Shown here in pieces: positions 1 through 10,260 of a DNA stretch of 64,000 nucleotides. The first letter of the stretch is position 1. Every line of letters begins with the position of its first letter. The stretch is from a virus, in IMG/VR virus record IMGVR_UViG_3300037247_001096, positions 9,134-73,133 of that record; one strand, given 5' to 3'. The position numbers and the translations under genes were made by a program. The notes beneath the pieces were generated by a model that did not search any database, was not told the origin of the DNA, and saw nothing but the letters and a program-made list of their open reading frames with translations.

Positions 1-3000
1 CCGTGTCTCCGCGTGAGTCCCAGCGATGCGGTCACGCCCCTCACGGTACTTCCGCCAGAACTTCTCGCGCTCGCGCTCCCGAATCGGCCGTACCCGCCCC
101 TCAGTTACCGCCACCACATTCGGGTGGTTACGAACGAAGTCCTGAGCCGGCGCGTTGTTCTCCAAACCCTCCCACGGCACCCCAAAGGAGTACTGAGAGA
201 CCTGGTTCATGACGGGCTCCAGAGCCTCGAACGCCGTCTCGGGTGAGGTGCGGAGCCCGAAGAACTCGGCGAGGAACCGGGTACCCTTGCGCATGTGATC
301 TCCCTCCTGAAGGAGAGCGTCGAGGGTGATGGGAGCGAACTTGTCAAGGGCATAGTCCGCTAGTTTTCGTGGGTCGTCGACGAACTCCCAGAAGTTGACC
401 GAATACCCCATAAAGTCCTCACCCTCAAGGAAGTCCATAAAAGTACTTGTAAGAGGGGCGGTACGGCTTCGCCACTGACGGACGATGGGGTTGTCCCATA
501 GGGCCTGCTCCCAATTCTCGAAGTCCCAGTTGTCCTTGTTGGCTAGACCCCCAAAGAGGGCAATACCTGAACGGTAGACACCGCCTATCCCGTACCAGTC
601 TTTACCCATCTTCATTGACATGAACTTCTTACCACTGGTCGGATTGAGGGATGTCTTGATGTCCTCGAAAACTTCGTCTTCACTCTTCCCCGTGGCGGCA
701 CCGTGAGCAGCAATCAACCCAGACATTATTGACATCCCGCCCAACATCAGCTTCGCCATCGTTGCCCGGGCCTGGGCCGGGGTGTAGCCCTTCCCCAACA
801 TATAGGACATCGTGCCAAGGAACGATCTTGTGTAGCGGGTGGCGAACCACACATAAGCGGACTCGATCTGATGCTGCCGACTGGAGATGACCCCGCCTAG
901 CTTCGGCTGTCCAATGAGAGTGTCGGTGAAGCGAGCCAGTCGGAACATCTCCTCGTGGAGTGCTGCGCCCGACAGAGGCCGGGCGCCGGCAGCTTTTGCC
1001 ATCAATCCCGGTTTGGTCGCCACCTCTGCGAAGGAGTCGAAGGCCAACGTTCGGCCGTAGGCCAGGGAGGAGTCGAAACCAACCTGTAGTCGGTTAATGA
1101 AGGAGCGAACGGGAAATGTAGCCACATCAATAATAGGTGAGACTACAGGGGCACGCGGAAGGCCCAGGCCGCCAATACGGGCTGCCTCCATGAGCTCCGA
1201 AGTCATACCCAGGTCTCCACCATAGAGAGCGTACTGCTGAGCAGCCTTGCTGTTAGCCATCCAGCGGTAGAACTGCTTTGGTTCTACCAGCGCATTGTAG
1301 AAACCCCGCGCCATCGCCTCAGCCCAGCCCTTTGGCCCGGCCGGACTTGCGGCAAGAGTGAGGAGCTGGATGGCGCCCCACCCCGTGTCCAAGGAACCCG
1401 TCAACATCAGACGAGCGATACCATTTATCTTCTGGGGAACGGCAATCACCGGGTTCCTCGTGCCGGGGCCAATGATGGTCTCAATTGCCTGGAAGTGCTC
1501 CTTGTTCATGACCCCAATAACCTGCGAGCCTAGGTCAGTACCATAGGTCTCCGTGAGGCGCGGCCCGTGCTCACCAGCAGCGCGGAGGATACCCTCCTCA
1601 CGCAGGTAGCGGGCCATGAGGGAATCACGAGTGAGCTTCTGCGCCGACTCGATGGCCCCATCCATCTGGTTCAGGACACCGGGGCGGTACTTGATACCGT
1701 ACTGTTGTATGGCCTCCTGCTGCTCCTCAAAGAGGCGCTTGTGTAGCATGGGCGGCTTGCCCCGGCGAGTACCGGGGGAAACGTTCCAGAGCTTTCGCAC
1801 AGGATCAACAGCGACACGGGGCCACCACACATCCTTCTTGCGGATGGACATACCCGTAGCCTGCTCCGCAAAGCTGATGTGGGGCTCCATTGCAACTCGA
1901 GCTCGCGCAACCCAGTCGACCTGCTCCTGCGTGAGCCTCCCCAGGTAGGTCTTCTCTCCCCGCATGACACTCTCGAATACGTCTCCGACAGCAATCCACT
2001 CCCCCTCCCCCTCGCGGAAGAGGTTCCCTACGGTGCGGCGGCCGGCACCCGCTACCTTGGGCATCCAGATTTGACCGACTTCATTCTCGATGAAAGGCAC
2101 CTTCGCTCCCCGGAACGGCGCCATCGTCATGAAGCGGGCCGCTGTATCTTCAGCCTGCTGGAAGTGCCAACCGAAGGCAGCCTTAAGCGCGGGCTCGTCC
2201 GCGAGTGCCAGGCGGTTGACAATCTCCTGTACACGCCTTCCCATCGGAACCCAGTCCGCTACCTTACCCGCAATAAGGCGCAGGAAGTCCCGGGCCTCGG
2301 GGCGCTCAATGTGCGCACGAATCTTCGTGCGGAACCCTTCAATGGTTGGGCCGGTAGCACCACCGGCCATCTGCGGGTAGGGGAGTTCGCCAGGCTGTAG
2401 CAGGCGTACTCCCTCGGGATTCGCCACCCGAACACCCCCACGAGCACCGGCGAGACTTTCCTCGGCCGGCATGGGGAGGACGGCCCCCTCCTCTGACGTG
2501 AAGACCTGAATAACAGGTTTTCCCCCATGTGCGCGGACATTGACACCAGCATAGACTTCCGCATCCTTGGCAGAAGCCGTCAGGAATGCCCCTTCACCCA
2601 CGGCCGCCTCCTGGTTCGTCGACATCCCCCTGTAGAATATCCGGCGCTCACCCACCGTCGCCCCTAGTTCCCCAAGGTCGACCGGGAGCTGGCCGCCCTG
2701 AATGAGTATCTCCGTAGCGGGCTCACCACGCACCGGCCAGTGGCGGGCCTTGCGGACGGCAGCACGCATGGAGGCTCGGGTGAACCCCGAAATACCTGGG
2801 CCAAGCAACGCTCCAGGAAGAGCCCCAACGATACCAGGCAACCCAACCGCCTCGGCCGTTTCCTCACCAACCCCCATACCTACCGCCACCTCTGCCCCGA
2901 GTCTGGCCTTTGCAGCGAGACCAGCTCCCGGGAAAACGACGAGAGACCCGATGAGTATAGGGTCGCCCGCAATCTCTACTGTATTAACAATGGCCGGTTT

Positions 3001-3888
3001 CAGGAAGGGAACATCCGCCATGTTCTTGTCAATGGCTTCCCCCGCGCTCTCGCCTAGAGTAAGAAGGCTCCACTCGCTCTTGGGAGGCGTCATCATCATC
3101 ATCACAGCGTTATTGAACAGCTCCGCAAAGCCTGCGTCCGAAGCGAGGAATTGGGTGTAGTTGTCTGGGTGGGCCTTATTAATCTCCTCCAGCGACCGCA
3201 GTAATGCCCTCAACGGGTTGAGCGTCCCAGAGCTTGCAATAGCCGTCGGGCTGTTCCGCACCCCCGGGGCAACTTCCCTGTTGAGTTGCTCTATCCCCTC
3301 GGGGTCGAAATCCTTATACTGCTTGATGAACTCCTCTAGGTTCTTGTATGTATTAAAGAGGGTGAAGTAAGCATCAAGAATGTCCTCCTGCCTCCCTGTC
3401 TGCGGCATGAGACTTCCAGCCATCATCCTCTCATCCGCATCCACCACAGGATCAGGAGGCAGACCCGAGAGGCTATCGTTTAGGGAGTCCCACCGCTCAG
3501 TGAACTGGACGAACTCCCGCCCTGCCGCCGCAACAGGGTCGAACTCACGCGGTGCCGGAACCTCTATCGGTTCTCCTTCTGGGGAGACGCGAACACGGCC
3601 CCTCTCACGGCCAGGAGTAATGGGCGCTTTGGGCTCCCACCACTCAAACTGGAACTCGCGCGGGCGCCTCGCTTCGCGCTTTTGCTCGAACCGTTCCTGC
3701 GGCGTGAGCCGGGGTACCGGTTCGGCGCGGGGGGGCGGCTCAGCAGTCGTGGGAGTTGCCACAGGAGTGGGCACCGGCTGCGGGCTGGGCGTGGGAGCAA
3801 TCGGAGGTGGGCGACGGCGCTCTTCACGGCGCTGGCGCCCTCGCTCGCGGGCTTCACCCTCAGGTTCATCGCCTGTACGAAGGGGCAT
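1..3888 (-). CDS. Very large putative internal virion/ejection protein (>1296 aa, truncated at the left edge; absent from the ORF track)
   Basis: Manual translation from ATG 3888 (MPLRTGDEPEGEARERGRQRR...) reads open to base 1 (...RDRIAGTHAETR). It has a Pro-rich N-terminus and a helical Ala/Gly-rich body, and lies downstream of the portal. Confidence 0.8.
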   Translation of the reverse strand, partial: MPLRTGDEPEGEARERGRQRREERRRPPPIAPTPSPQPVPTPVATPTTAEPPPRAEPVPRLTPQERFEQKREARRPREFQFEWWEPKAPITPGRERGRVRVSPEGEPIEVPAPREFDPVAAAGREFVQFTERWDSLNDSLSGLPPDPVVDADERMMAGSLMPQTGRQEDILDAYFTLFNTYKNLEEFIKQYKDFDPEGIEQLNREVAPGVRNSPTAIASSGTLNPLRALLRSLEEINKAHPDNYTQFLASDAGFAELFNNAVMMMMTPPKSEWSLLTLGESAGEAIDKNMADVPFLKPAIVNTVEIAGDPILIGSLVVFPGAGLAAKARLGAEVAVGMGVGEETAEAVGLPGIVGALPGALLGPGISGFTRASMRAAVRKARHWPVRGEPATEILIQGGQLPVDLGELGATVGERRIFYRGMSTNQEAAVGEGAFLTASAKDAEVYAGVNVRAHGGKPVIQVFTSEEGAVLPMPAEESLAGARGGVRVANPEGVRLLQPGELPYPQMAGGATGPTIEGFRTKIRAHIERPEARDFLRLIAGKVADWVPMGRRVQEIVNRLALADEPALKAAFGWHFQQAEDTAARFMTMAPFRGAKVPFIENEVGQIWMPKVAGAGRRTVGNLFREGEGEWIAVGDVFESVMRGEKTYLGRLTQEQVDWVARARVAMEPHISFAEQATGMSIRKKDVWWPRVAVDPVRKLWNVSPGTRRGKPPMLHKRLFEEQQEAIQQYGIKYRPGVLNQMDGAIESAQKLTRDSLMARYLREEGILRAAGEHGPRLTETYGTDLGSQVIGVMNKEHFQAIETIIGPGTRNPVIAVPQKINGIARLMLTGSLDTGWGAIQLLTLAASPAGPKGWAEAMARGFYNALVEPKQFYRWMANSKAAQQYALYGGDLGMTSELMEAARIGGLGLPRAPVVSPIIDVATFPVRSFINRLQVGFDSSLAYGRTLAFDSFAEVATKPGLMAKAAGARPLSGAALHEEMFRLARFTDTLIGQPKLGGVISSRQHQIESAYVWFATRYTRSFLGTMSYMLGKGYTPAQARATMAKLMLGGMSIMSGLIAAHGAATGKSEDEVFEDIKTSLNPTSGKKFMSMKMGKDWYGIGGVYRSGIALFGGLANKDNWDFENWEQALWDNPIVRQWRSRTAPLTSTFMDFLEGEDFMGYSVNFWEFVDDPRKLADYALDKFAPITLDALLQEGDHMRKGTRFLAEFFGLRTSPETAFEALEPVMNQVSQYSFGVPWEGLENNAPAQDFVRNHPNVVAVTEGRVRPIREREREKFWRKYREGRDRIAGTHAETR

Positions 3889-4088
3889 CTTTACTTCCCA
3901 AAGCCTGCGCCGCTAGGAAGGCTACACGGCTTCCAATCATAAACAATAGCAAACGTCCAGTGGCGCCATTGGAACCAGAACAGGTTCCATCCTTCTCGAA
4001 AACTCATACGTAAAGGCATCCGACGACAGAGTGGACTAGTGCATAGACGATGACTTGACGCGAAAATCTTCATTTCTATACCCTCCCC

Positions 4089-4286
4089 TTACGCAAAGCA
4101 GGAGGCGGGGCACGCCTCATGCTTCTCCTCTGGGCGCACACAGTCGTCACAGAAGAAAGTGAAACAAACGTCTTCGTTTCCTTTTTCTGTACCAAAGTAC
4201 ACCCATGTAGCCAGGTTAGTACAGCGCCCTTTCCCATACGCAGGACTCGCGGCACACCTCTGTCCTACCATCTTATGTGCAGACAT
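4089..4286 (-). CDS. Small Cys-rich protein, paralog of 9888..10247
   Basis: Shares the pattern AH..GQ.C...C...ATWV.FG...DV.F.F.CD..V..EEK...CP. Its start overlaps the upstream stop (TAATG). Confidence 0.65.
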   Translation of the reverse strand: MSAHKMVGQRCAASPAYGKGRCTNLATWVYFGTEKGNEDVCFTFFCDDCVRPEEKHEACPASCFA

Positions 4287-4678
4287 TATACACCTCCTCC
4301 AAAAAACTTGCGGCTTCGTCCGATCTTTCTGTGCAGCTTCGCACGCTTCTGCATCTTCATCTGTGTGAGGAAAGGAGTAATCTGCGCCATCAGTTCCTGG
4401 CGCGTCTCGTCGTCCAGACCTAGCGCATTCACCGGCCTCTCCTCGCGCGTGGGGGTGAGGGTGGGCGGCGTGGCCCGGGGCGCGGCGCCCTGGGGTCGCG
4501 GCTGCTGGAGAGCCTGCTCCTGGGGGCTCGTGCGGTTCTGGGCCGGCGCCGTGGGTGGGGGAGGCCCGCCCCGCCGGGGGATACCCGGGCGGTCGAGTAG
4601 GCCCTCCCGTACCTTAGCCAAACCACGTTTTCTATTGAAGGCATTCGCCAAAGTCGAACTACTTCCTGTTTGTGCCAT
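4286..4678 (-). CDS. Pro/Arg-rich hypothetical protein, probably virion-associated
   Basis: 130-aa ORF tightly packed in the late operon. Confidence 0.65.
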   Translation of the reverse strand: MAQTGSSSTLANAFNRKRGLAKVREGLLDRPGIPRRGGPPPPTAPAQNRTSPQEQALQQPRPQGAAPRATPPTLTPTREERPVNALGLDDETRQELMAQITPFLTQMKMQKRAKLHRKIGRSRKFFGGGV

Positions 4679-4680
4679 CG

Positions 4681-5634
4681 CTAAGCCCTTCGAGCGCTCA
4701 CTACAGGGCCGCCGGTCGCTGTCTGAGCTATCCGGCCGCGCTCACCCTTCCGGCCCCGGATTTGAGCTGTCAACTGTCCGATGTCATCACCGAACCGTTC
4801 CTGGAGGAAGTCACTCGGAGAGAACTTGTAGACTGGTGTGACGCGGGGGCGCGAGATGAGTGCCTCTGTCTCCTCGAATCGACGCTCACCAGTCTCCGTC
4901 ACAGTCTCATCTCTTGTTGTAGTAATCTCCTGGTCGGTAATCTCGGTGATGGTCTCCTGCTGGCGCTGGGTATCCTCGTCGATGATACGCTGGATGCTCT
5001 CCTCCGTGACCTGCTCCCCACTCTCCCTCAGCACTTCCTCCGCCCGGGTACGGGTCATACGTGTAATTTCTTGTGTGGTGACCTCGCCTGTGCGAGTACC
5101 GAGAAGCTGCTCCTCACCCCCAACGCCCGCCACCTCGAAGATGTCCTCTCCTGCTGCCGCCCTCTGCGCCAAGTTTCCCATGTACTCATTCACCATGGTC
5201 TGCATGAAGCCTGTAGTCGGGTCGAGCATGAGGTTGAGGTCGCCCTGGCTCATACCTGCTTCTACCATGTCCTGCGCGTAGCCGGCAAGGGCGTTCCCAA
5301 AGTCGTCAAGGAACTCCTCGGGCGTCGGCACGTCGATATAGACCCGGGTAACCTGTTTGATGAACTCATCGAACTCCCGGGTGGTCGTGCCGGTGATGTC
5401 CCGTTCTAACTCGCCCCGAGTCTCCCGCTCACCAGTCGTGCGGATGTCCTCGGCGCGGCCGTCACCCGCAGCTTCCTCAGCCGCCTCTTCCTCCCCCTCT
5501 AACCACTCCCGAATCATGTCTTCAACGTCAAGACCCTCTGGCTCTTGTCCCTGCGCCGGCGCGTCTCGGCAGGGTACTTCCTCGATGCCCCAGCCACGGT
5601 TGCGGTAGCATTTGTTTCCTATTCGGAAGGGCAT
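4681..5634 (-). CDS. Acidic Glu/Thr-rich putative internal virion protein
   Basis: 317-aa ORF with a GGAG RBS, between the portal and the giant ejection-like gene. Confidence 0.7.
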   Translation of the reverse strand: MPFRIGNKCYRNRGWGIEEVPCRDAPAQGQEPEGLDVEDMIREWLEGEEEAAEEAAGDGRAEDIRTTGERETRGELERDITGTTTREFDEFIKQVTRVYIDVPTPEEFLDDFGNALAGYAQDMVEAGMSQGDLNLMLDPTTGFMQTMVNEYMGNLAQRAAAGEDIFEVAGVGGEEQLLGTRTGEVTTQEITRMTRTRAEEVLRESGEQVTEESIQRIIDEDTQRQQETITEITDQEITTTRDETVTETGERRFEETEALISRPRVTPVYKFSPSDFLQERFGDDIGQLTAQIRGRKGERGRIAQTATGGPVVSARRA

Positions 5635-5813
5635 TACCGTAAACTCCTTACAACACGCATCCGCTTCCGGCCGGCCTTTCGCTGATCGGCAAGCTGTGCA
5701 CTAACGGAGCGAGGCGGCGGCGCCTTCGTGGGCGTCTCCAGTTCCTGCTTCGTGAACTTCCTCCCGAACAGTTGCTCGACGAGACGGTCTGCGCGTTCTG
5801 TTGGCGTGGCCAC
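5634..5813 (-). CDS. Small basic protein (59 aa)
   Basis: The GTG start overlaps the portal stop (TAGTG). Reads MATPTERADRLVEQLFGRKF...; its stop overlaps the next ATG. Confidence 0.6.
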   Translation of the reverse strand: MATPTERADRLVEQLFGRKFTKQELETPTKAPPPRSVSAQLADQRKAGRKRMRVVRSLR

Positions 5814-7801
5814 TAGACCCCCACCCGCTGACCTGCGGCACCCGCAGCTTCGGCCCCTTCGGGCAAATTACGCTCCGTCCCGGTTCTTGCTGTACTCAAG
5901 GCTAAGGGGCCGGCCTCAGGCCCGGGAACCTGGAAGCCTTCACGTGAGGGAGTGGAACCTGTAATCTGGCGAATCTTCGCTTCTTCTATGAACTTCTGGG
6001 CGAACTCCTGCTGGCGAATGCGGGCCGCCATCTCCATCTCGCCGTGGCGCTCCAGGGCCATTGCCATTTGCTCCAGGATGATAACAGGGTCTTGTGTAGC
6101 CAAGTCCTCCCAGATACGGTCGGCCTCGGCCATTGGGTCGTCCACCTGGATGATGTCCTCTAGGACGGTCATCAACGACAGCATCGGCCGGCGCGGGTCG
6201 AGCGCCATACGTGCGGCCGTCATGCGGACGGTCAGGTCGTCCGGCAGGGCCGGCTTCAGCACCGGAACCGGCCGATAGTGGCGGCCTGCATCCAGTTCGG
6301 TCATCGGGTCAAACTCAATGTTGAACCACGTCTTCTTCGGTGTGGCGGCCTGGAGCTCGAACTTCCCGATGATGGGCGCCGCTTTCTGAAGCTGTGCCAG
6401 GATGCACGTTCCCATTCGCGTCCCGAATTGCTCGGGGCCGCTCTGGTAGGGCGCCAGTGAGCTCAGGGCCGCATTCGTGATCTGTTGAAGGAGGACGCCA
6501 CTCGCCAAGTTGGGCGTCACCGCCTGGAGCACGTTGGACAGAATACCCTTCTGCCGCTCCTCCTGAAGGAGTTGCACCAACCGGTAGGCGTCCTGGGTGA
6601 TGGGCTGTGGACGGAGCGTATCCACCGATTCTTGTGGCGTCAGCACAACATGCGCCCCAATACCCCGTTCAAACTCCGGCATCTCGCCAGTGGGGGTCTT
6701 GAAGACCAGCGTGTCATAAACATTGAGGGTGAAGTGCTGGAAGATGGTGGCGATAATTTCATTATACTGAGGCACCTGATCCTCAACCGAACTCAGGATA
6801 CCGCGCCCCATTTCCGCCACTCCAGATGCAGCGCCGTGCCAGGCAAGCGAATCCATCGCCAGCAAGTCGGCCCGTTCCTGGAGGCGCTGCTCCAGCGGCG
6901 AGCGCACAGCGGGCTTATGCAGAACGTGCGCCCCATTCACCGGCACGCCTACTACCGGGAGCTCGTCATAGGTGTAGCCATGGAAAAACGGCGGGACGAG
7001 CCAGCGGGCATCCTTACCCATCGTGTCTCCTATCGCCATGCCCATGAAGCCACCGGTCGCTACAGGGGCGCCCACCGTACCGAGCACCGCTACGATTCCT
7101 TTCCGGTTGCCCCGGTCGTTGCTCCAGTACTCCAGCTTCATGGCGGGCGTATTTGGGTCAAAGTTGGACTTGTCCATTAAATCCTGGTAGACCTCGGGGT
7201 AACTTGCCACCAGAGCGCCCAGAGTTGTTTCTTTCTCGATGAGTACGTGGTTCAGTCCCCACTCGTCGACGTGAGGGTAGACATCACGGGCATCATAGAT
7301 TTCGGCGATGAGCGGCGAGCGCCGGTACTTGAGCGCCTCTGTGGTGACGTGGAACTTACCCCAAATCATACCCCGGTGGAGGCCCTGATAGACAACCTGA
7401 GTCCAGAGGGGTGCCCGGAGGCGCATCCCGAAGAGCTCGTCCATATCGTAGACCAGACCCTCCAGAGTGCGCTCGACACGCCCTACCCGGCGCCGCATTT
7501 CCTGGTTCTCGTCCTCGGCACCCCTAAGGGGGATGCGCCACATGGTCGGGTTGCGCGTAAGGATGGCCAGAGCTGCGTCAACTCCAGTACGGGGCTCGTT
7601 CGATACGAAGCGCCGGGCCACGCCCAAAGGCTTCGACTGCTGCAAAACATCCAAAAGTAGGTACATCTGCTCCCAGTAGTCCTGCCTGAGCGAAAGCGGC
7701 CGCCAATACTGCTTGAGCTGATGCTGCCTCGTCAAGAGGTCAGTCTTCAACTTCGCCAGCATATCCTCGCCACGGACTAGGGCTGTTACAGGAAGTGCCA
7801 T
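5813..7801 (-). CDS. Portal (head-tail connector) protein
   Basis: 662 aa, directly after TerL, with a helical N-terminus, a 'DARDVYP' clip-like segment and a low-complexity C-terminus. The call rests mainly on synteny and size. Confidence 0.8.
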   Translation of the reverse strand: MALPVTALVRGEDMLAKLKTDLLTRQHQLKQYWRPLSLRQDYWEQMYLLLDVLQQSKPLGVARRFVSNEPRTGVDAALAILTRNPTMWRIPLRGAEDENQEMRRRVGRVERTLEGLVYDMDELFGMRLRAPLWTQVVYQGLHRGMIWGKFHVTTEALKYRRSPLIAEIYDARDVYPHVDEWGLNHVLIEKETTLGALVASYPEVYQDLMDKSNFDPNTPAMKLEYWSNDRGNRKGIVAVLGTVGAPVATGGFMGMAIGDTMGKDARWLVPPFFHGYTYDELPVVGVPVNGAHVLHKPAVRSPLEQRLQERADLLAMDSLAWHGAASGVAEMGRGILSSVEDQVPQYNEIIATIFQHFTLNVYDTLVFKTPTGEMPEFERGIGAHVVLTPQESVDTLRPQPITQDAYRLVQLLQEERQKGILSNVLQAVTPNLASGVLLQQITNAALSSLAPYQSGPEQFGTRMGTCILAQLQKAAPIIGKFELQAATPKKTWFNIEFDPMTELDAGRHYRPVPVLKPALPDDLTVRMTAARMALDPRRPMLSLMTVLEDIIQVDDPMAEADRIWEDLATQDPVIILEQMAMALERHGEMEMAARIRQQEFAQKFIEEAKIRQITGSTPSREGFQVPGPEAGPLALSTARTGTERNLPEGAEAAGAAGQRVGV

Positions 7802-7804
7802 GTG

Positions 7805-7966
7805 TTACTGAATCCCCAACTCCTGCTTGACTTCTTCCCACGGCGTGACCTTAGAACCCCCGGCTCTCCACTCAGCTAGGGACTTCCGCACCCCCGCCAT
7901 GAACTCTTCATCCGCAAGTACTCTCTTGCGGAGCTCCTCTTTCTGTTGGTGGGTCAGCTCTTTCAC
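7805..7966 (-). CDS. Small antitoxin-like protein (53 aa)
   Basis: AAGGAGGT RBS before GTG 7966. The C-terminus 'VRKSLAEWRAGGSKVTPWEEVKQELGI' resembles the tails of type II antitoxins. Confidence 0.5.
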   Translation of the reverse strand: MKELTHQQKEELRKRVLADEEFMAGVRKSLAEWRAGGSKVTPWEEVKQELGIQ

Positions 7967-7979
7967 CTTCTTACCTCCT

Positions 7980-9761
7980 TTAACGTAACCACGGACGCGG
8001 CCGTGCTCCCGCAAGGCTACGGTCTAGCACCTGGCCAAATCGCCCAACTGTGACCACTTCATTCTCACGAATAGGCCCCCCTGTCGAGACCCGCTGCTTT
8101 GCAGTATACCGCGCCCGTGCCTGATCCGCAATGTAGCAGAGCCCGGCGTAGCACATCACAATGTCATCCTTCTGACCCTTCCCCGCTTCCTTCAGGCCGT
8201 GGCGTTTCTGCGCCACTTTTTGCCAGGTGAACGCACCCATCTGCTGTACTCCCCAAGCGTCAGAGGTGTGGAAGGTGCCGGCGAAGACATGCTCGCGGAG
8301 AGCCGTCAGAATGTGCTGGCGAATCTGAGTAGGGTGCCCCCACGGGTCGAGAATGGGTGTCTTGATACTCATAGACTTCCCGGGCTCCAAGAAGAACCAT
8401 AGATTACGGTAGCCAATTTCCTGTACTTTCGCCACACAGACCGAGCCGAAGGCGTCTCGCTCACCACCCAGCAGGGCGTTGTTATAGAACTTGGCGATGG
8501 CCACCGCCATCGGCGCGAGCTCCTGGGGCGCCACCTTTATCGCCAGCCGCGCGGCGACGAACATCTCCGCCGCATCCAACACGACGATAGTGGAGTAGTC
8601 TGAAGCCTCATCCAGGCCGCCGCCGGCGCAGTCCACCCAGACAGCATACGGCCGGCCCATCTGAGGGCGCTGCCAGACATGCAGATGGGGCATCGGGAAC
8701 ACCACGGAGGAGCCTGGCAGTTGGGTGACGATTTCTTTAGGCGGGCTCACTGTGTTGCGGAACTTGTCCAGATGGTTGATGCCGTCCTGAGATGCGAAGT
8801 AGTTTCCTCCCGCCATAAGAAAACACCCCTCCAACGTCTCGACATACTCCTGGAGGAAGGGCGCATCGGTCTTGTCCTGCTCCGCCTTCCTAACCCGGCG
8901 CCAGATAATCTTCCCCACGTCTAACTCGTACTCCGCCATGAGGCGCTCTTCTTCATCCGTTGGAGTAAATGTACGGAGGAGGTGCTCCCACTCGTCCTCC
9001 GAGTAAGGAACGTCGCAGCCGGGCGTAGTCCCGGCACGGTAGCGAGGCTCCATCCACCAGGAGTAGAAGTGAGTAGTCCAGCGAGACATCGGGTCGTATG
9101 TCTTCGAGTCCGACACCATCTGATAGAACGTACCCTCTGCCCCATTAGGAGTCGACTCGATGTCGAACCAGCCATAAGGCGGGCCGGGCACGGACGGTGT
9201 GATACCCCCGATGAGGACATTTGCCCGCTCTAGGGGCCAGTGAGCAAATTCTGACAAATGACACAGGTGTGCGCTGTAGGCTCTACCAGCAGTCCGCTCC
9301 TCACCAGAGCCCCATATCCACCGGCACTCGTTGTCTTCAAGAACCAGCTCGCTGTCGTTATCCAGACCAACCTTAAACTCCCAGCCCTGCTGCTTTAGGT
9401 CACGGAGGTGGTGCCGCACCCGAGCACGGAACGTGTTGGTCGTCTGGTCGTCCTGGGTCATCGTTAGGCACTTCAGGCCGGCGCCCGTCACCATCCGCCG
9501 CACGTTCTTAGCCAGGATAAACGAAGAGGCCCGTGTCTGGCGGCCCTTGACCGTTAAGTCGCGGCCCGTCTTGTTGTGGGCCATCGCCCGTTGCTGGGGG
9601 AAGAGTTTGAAGGGGACGACCTGTCCCTGCTCATTGTCGATTGTGAGCAGCGACTCTATCCAATCGATCTCGTCTTGGGGGTCTGTACCAAAGAAGAGAC
9701 GAGCCGTCTCCGAGTCAAATTCACCATAGTCGATACGCTCACGCGCTGTGGGAGTGGCCAT
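7980..9761 (-). CDS. terL: Terminase large subunit
   Basis: Q-motif LFPQQ, Walker A variant KGRQTRASS, Walker B LCHLSEFAHW, coupling motif IESTPNG, and RNase H nuclease motifs VWVDCAGG...DYS...KDDIVM. Confidence 0.93.
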   Translation of the reverse strand: MATPTARERIDYGEFDSETARLFFGTDPQDEIDWIESLLTIDNEQGQVVPFKLFPQQRAMAHNKTGRDLTVKGRQTRASSFILAKNVRRMVTGAGLKCLTMTQDDQTTNTFRARVRHHLRDLKQQGWEFKVGLDNDSELVLEDNECRWIWGSGEERTAGRAYSAHLCHLSEFAHWPLERANVLIGGITPSVPGPPYGWFDIESTPNGAEGTFYQMVSDSKTYDPMSRWTTHFYSWWMEPRYRAGTTPGCDVPYSEDEWEHLLRTFTPTDEEERLMAEYELDVGKIIWRRVRKAEQDKTDAPFLQEYVETLEGCFLMAGGNYFASQDGINHLDKFRNTVSPPKEIVTQLPGSSVVFPMPHLHVWQRPQMGRPYAVWVDCAGGGLDEASDYSTIVVLDAAEMFVAARLAIKVAPQELAPMAVAIAKFYNNALLGGERDAFGSVCVAKVQEIGYRNLWFFLEPGKSMSIKTPILDPWGHPTQIRQHILTALREHVFAGTFHTSDAWGVQQMGAFTWQKVAQKRHGLKEAGKGQKDDIVMCYAGLCYIADQARARYTAKQRVSTGGPIRENEVVTVGRFGQVLDRSLAGARPRPWLR

Positions 9762-9769
9762 TCCGTCTC

Positions 9770-9895
9770 CTAATGGAGTAGGGCGATCAAGGCAATTACC
9801 AAGGCCGCAAGCCCGGATACGCTAGCCAATATCGTGGCCCAGGTGTTAAGCATGACCCACCGGGGACTCCAGCCATTATCATGGTCGCTAGGCAT
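9770..9895 (-). CDS. Small single-TM membrane protein (41 aa)
   Basis: Reads MPSDHDNGWSPRWVMLNTWATILASVSGLAALVIALIALLH and has a GGAGG RBS. Confidence 0.55.
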   Translation of the reverse strand: MPSDHDNGWSPRWVMLNTWATILASVSGLAALVIALIALLH

Positions 9896-10247
9896 CGGCC
9901 TCCACCTCATTCGGGTTCTTGAAAGTAAGGAGCACCGTCTCCTCCACTAAGTCAAAGATGGGCCACACACCCGCCACCTTTATATCCAACCCGGCCGCAA
10001 TCAACTGGGCGAACCGTTCGCTCTGTGAAGTGTGGGGGCACTCGGAGCATTTCTCTTCCTTCACCACGTGCTCATCGCAGAGAAAAAAGAAATTCACGTC
10101 CGTAGTAGGTTTGCCCGCCACCTGTTTCACTCCGAAACCAACCCACGTAGCTGGCTCGCGGCAAGGCTGACTTGAATTTGAGGGCCTAGAATGACAGATT
10201 TGTCCCTCCAACTGGTGTGCTTTAATCCAAACGCTAGATGGTTCCAT
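9888..10247 (-). CDS. Cys-rich hypothetical protein, paralog of 4089..4286
   Basis: GGAGGTGCATC-ATG start and shared Cys/Trp pattern. Confidence 0.7.
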   Translation of the reverse strand: MEPSSVWIKAHQLEGQICHSRPSNSSQPCREPATWVGFGVKQVAGKPTTDVNFFFLCDEHVVKEEKCSECPHTSQSERFAQLIAAGLDIKVAGVWPIFDLVEETVLLTFKNPNEVEADA

Positions 10248-10260
10248 GATGCACCTCCTC

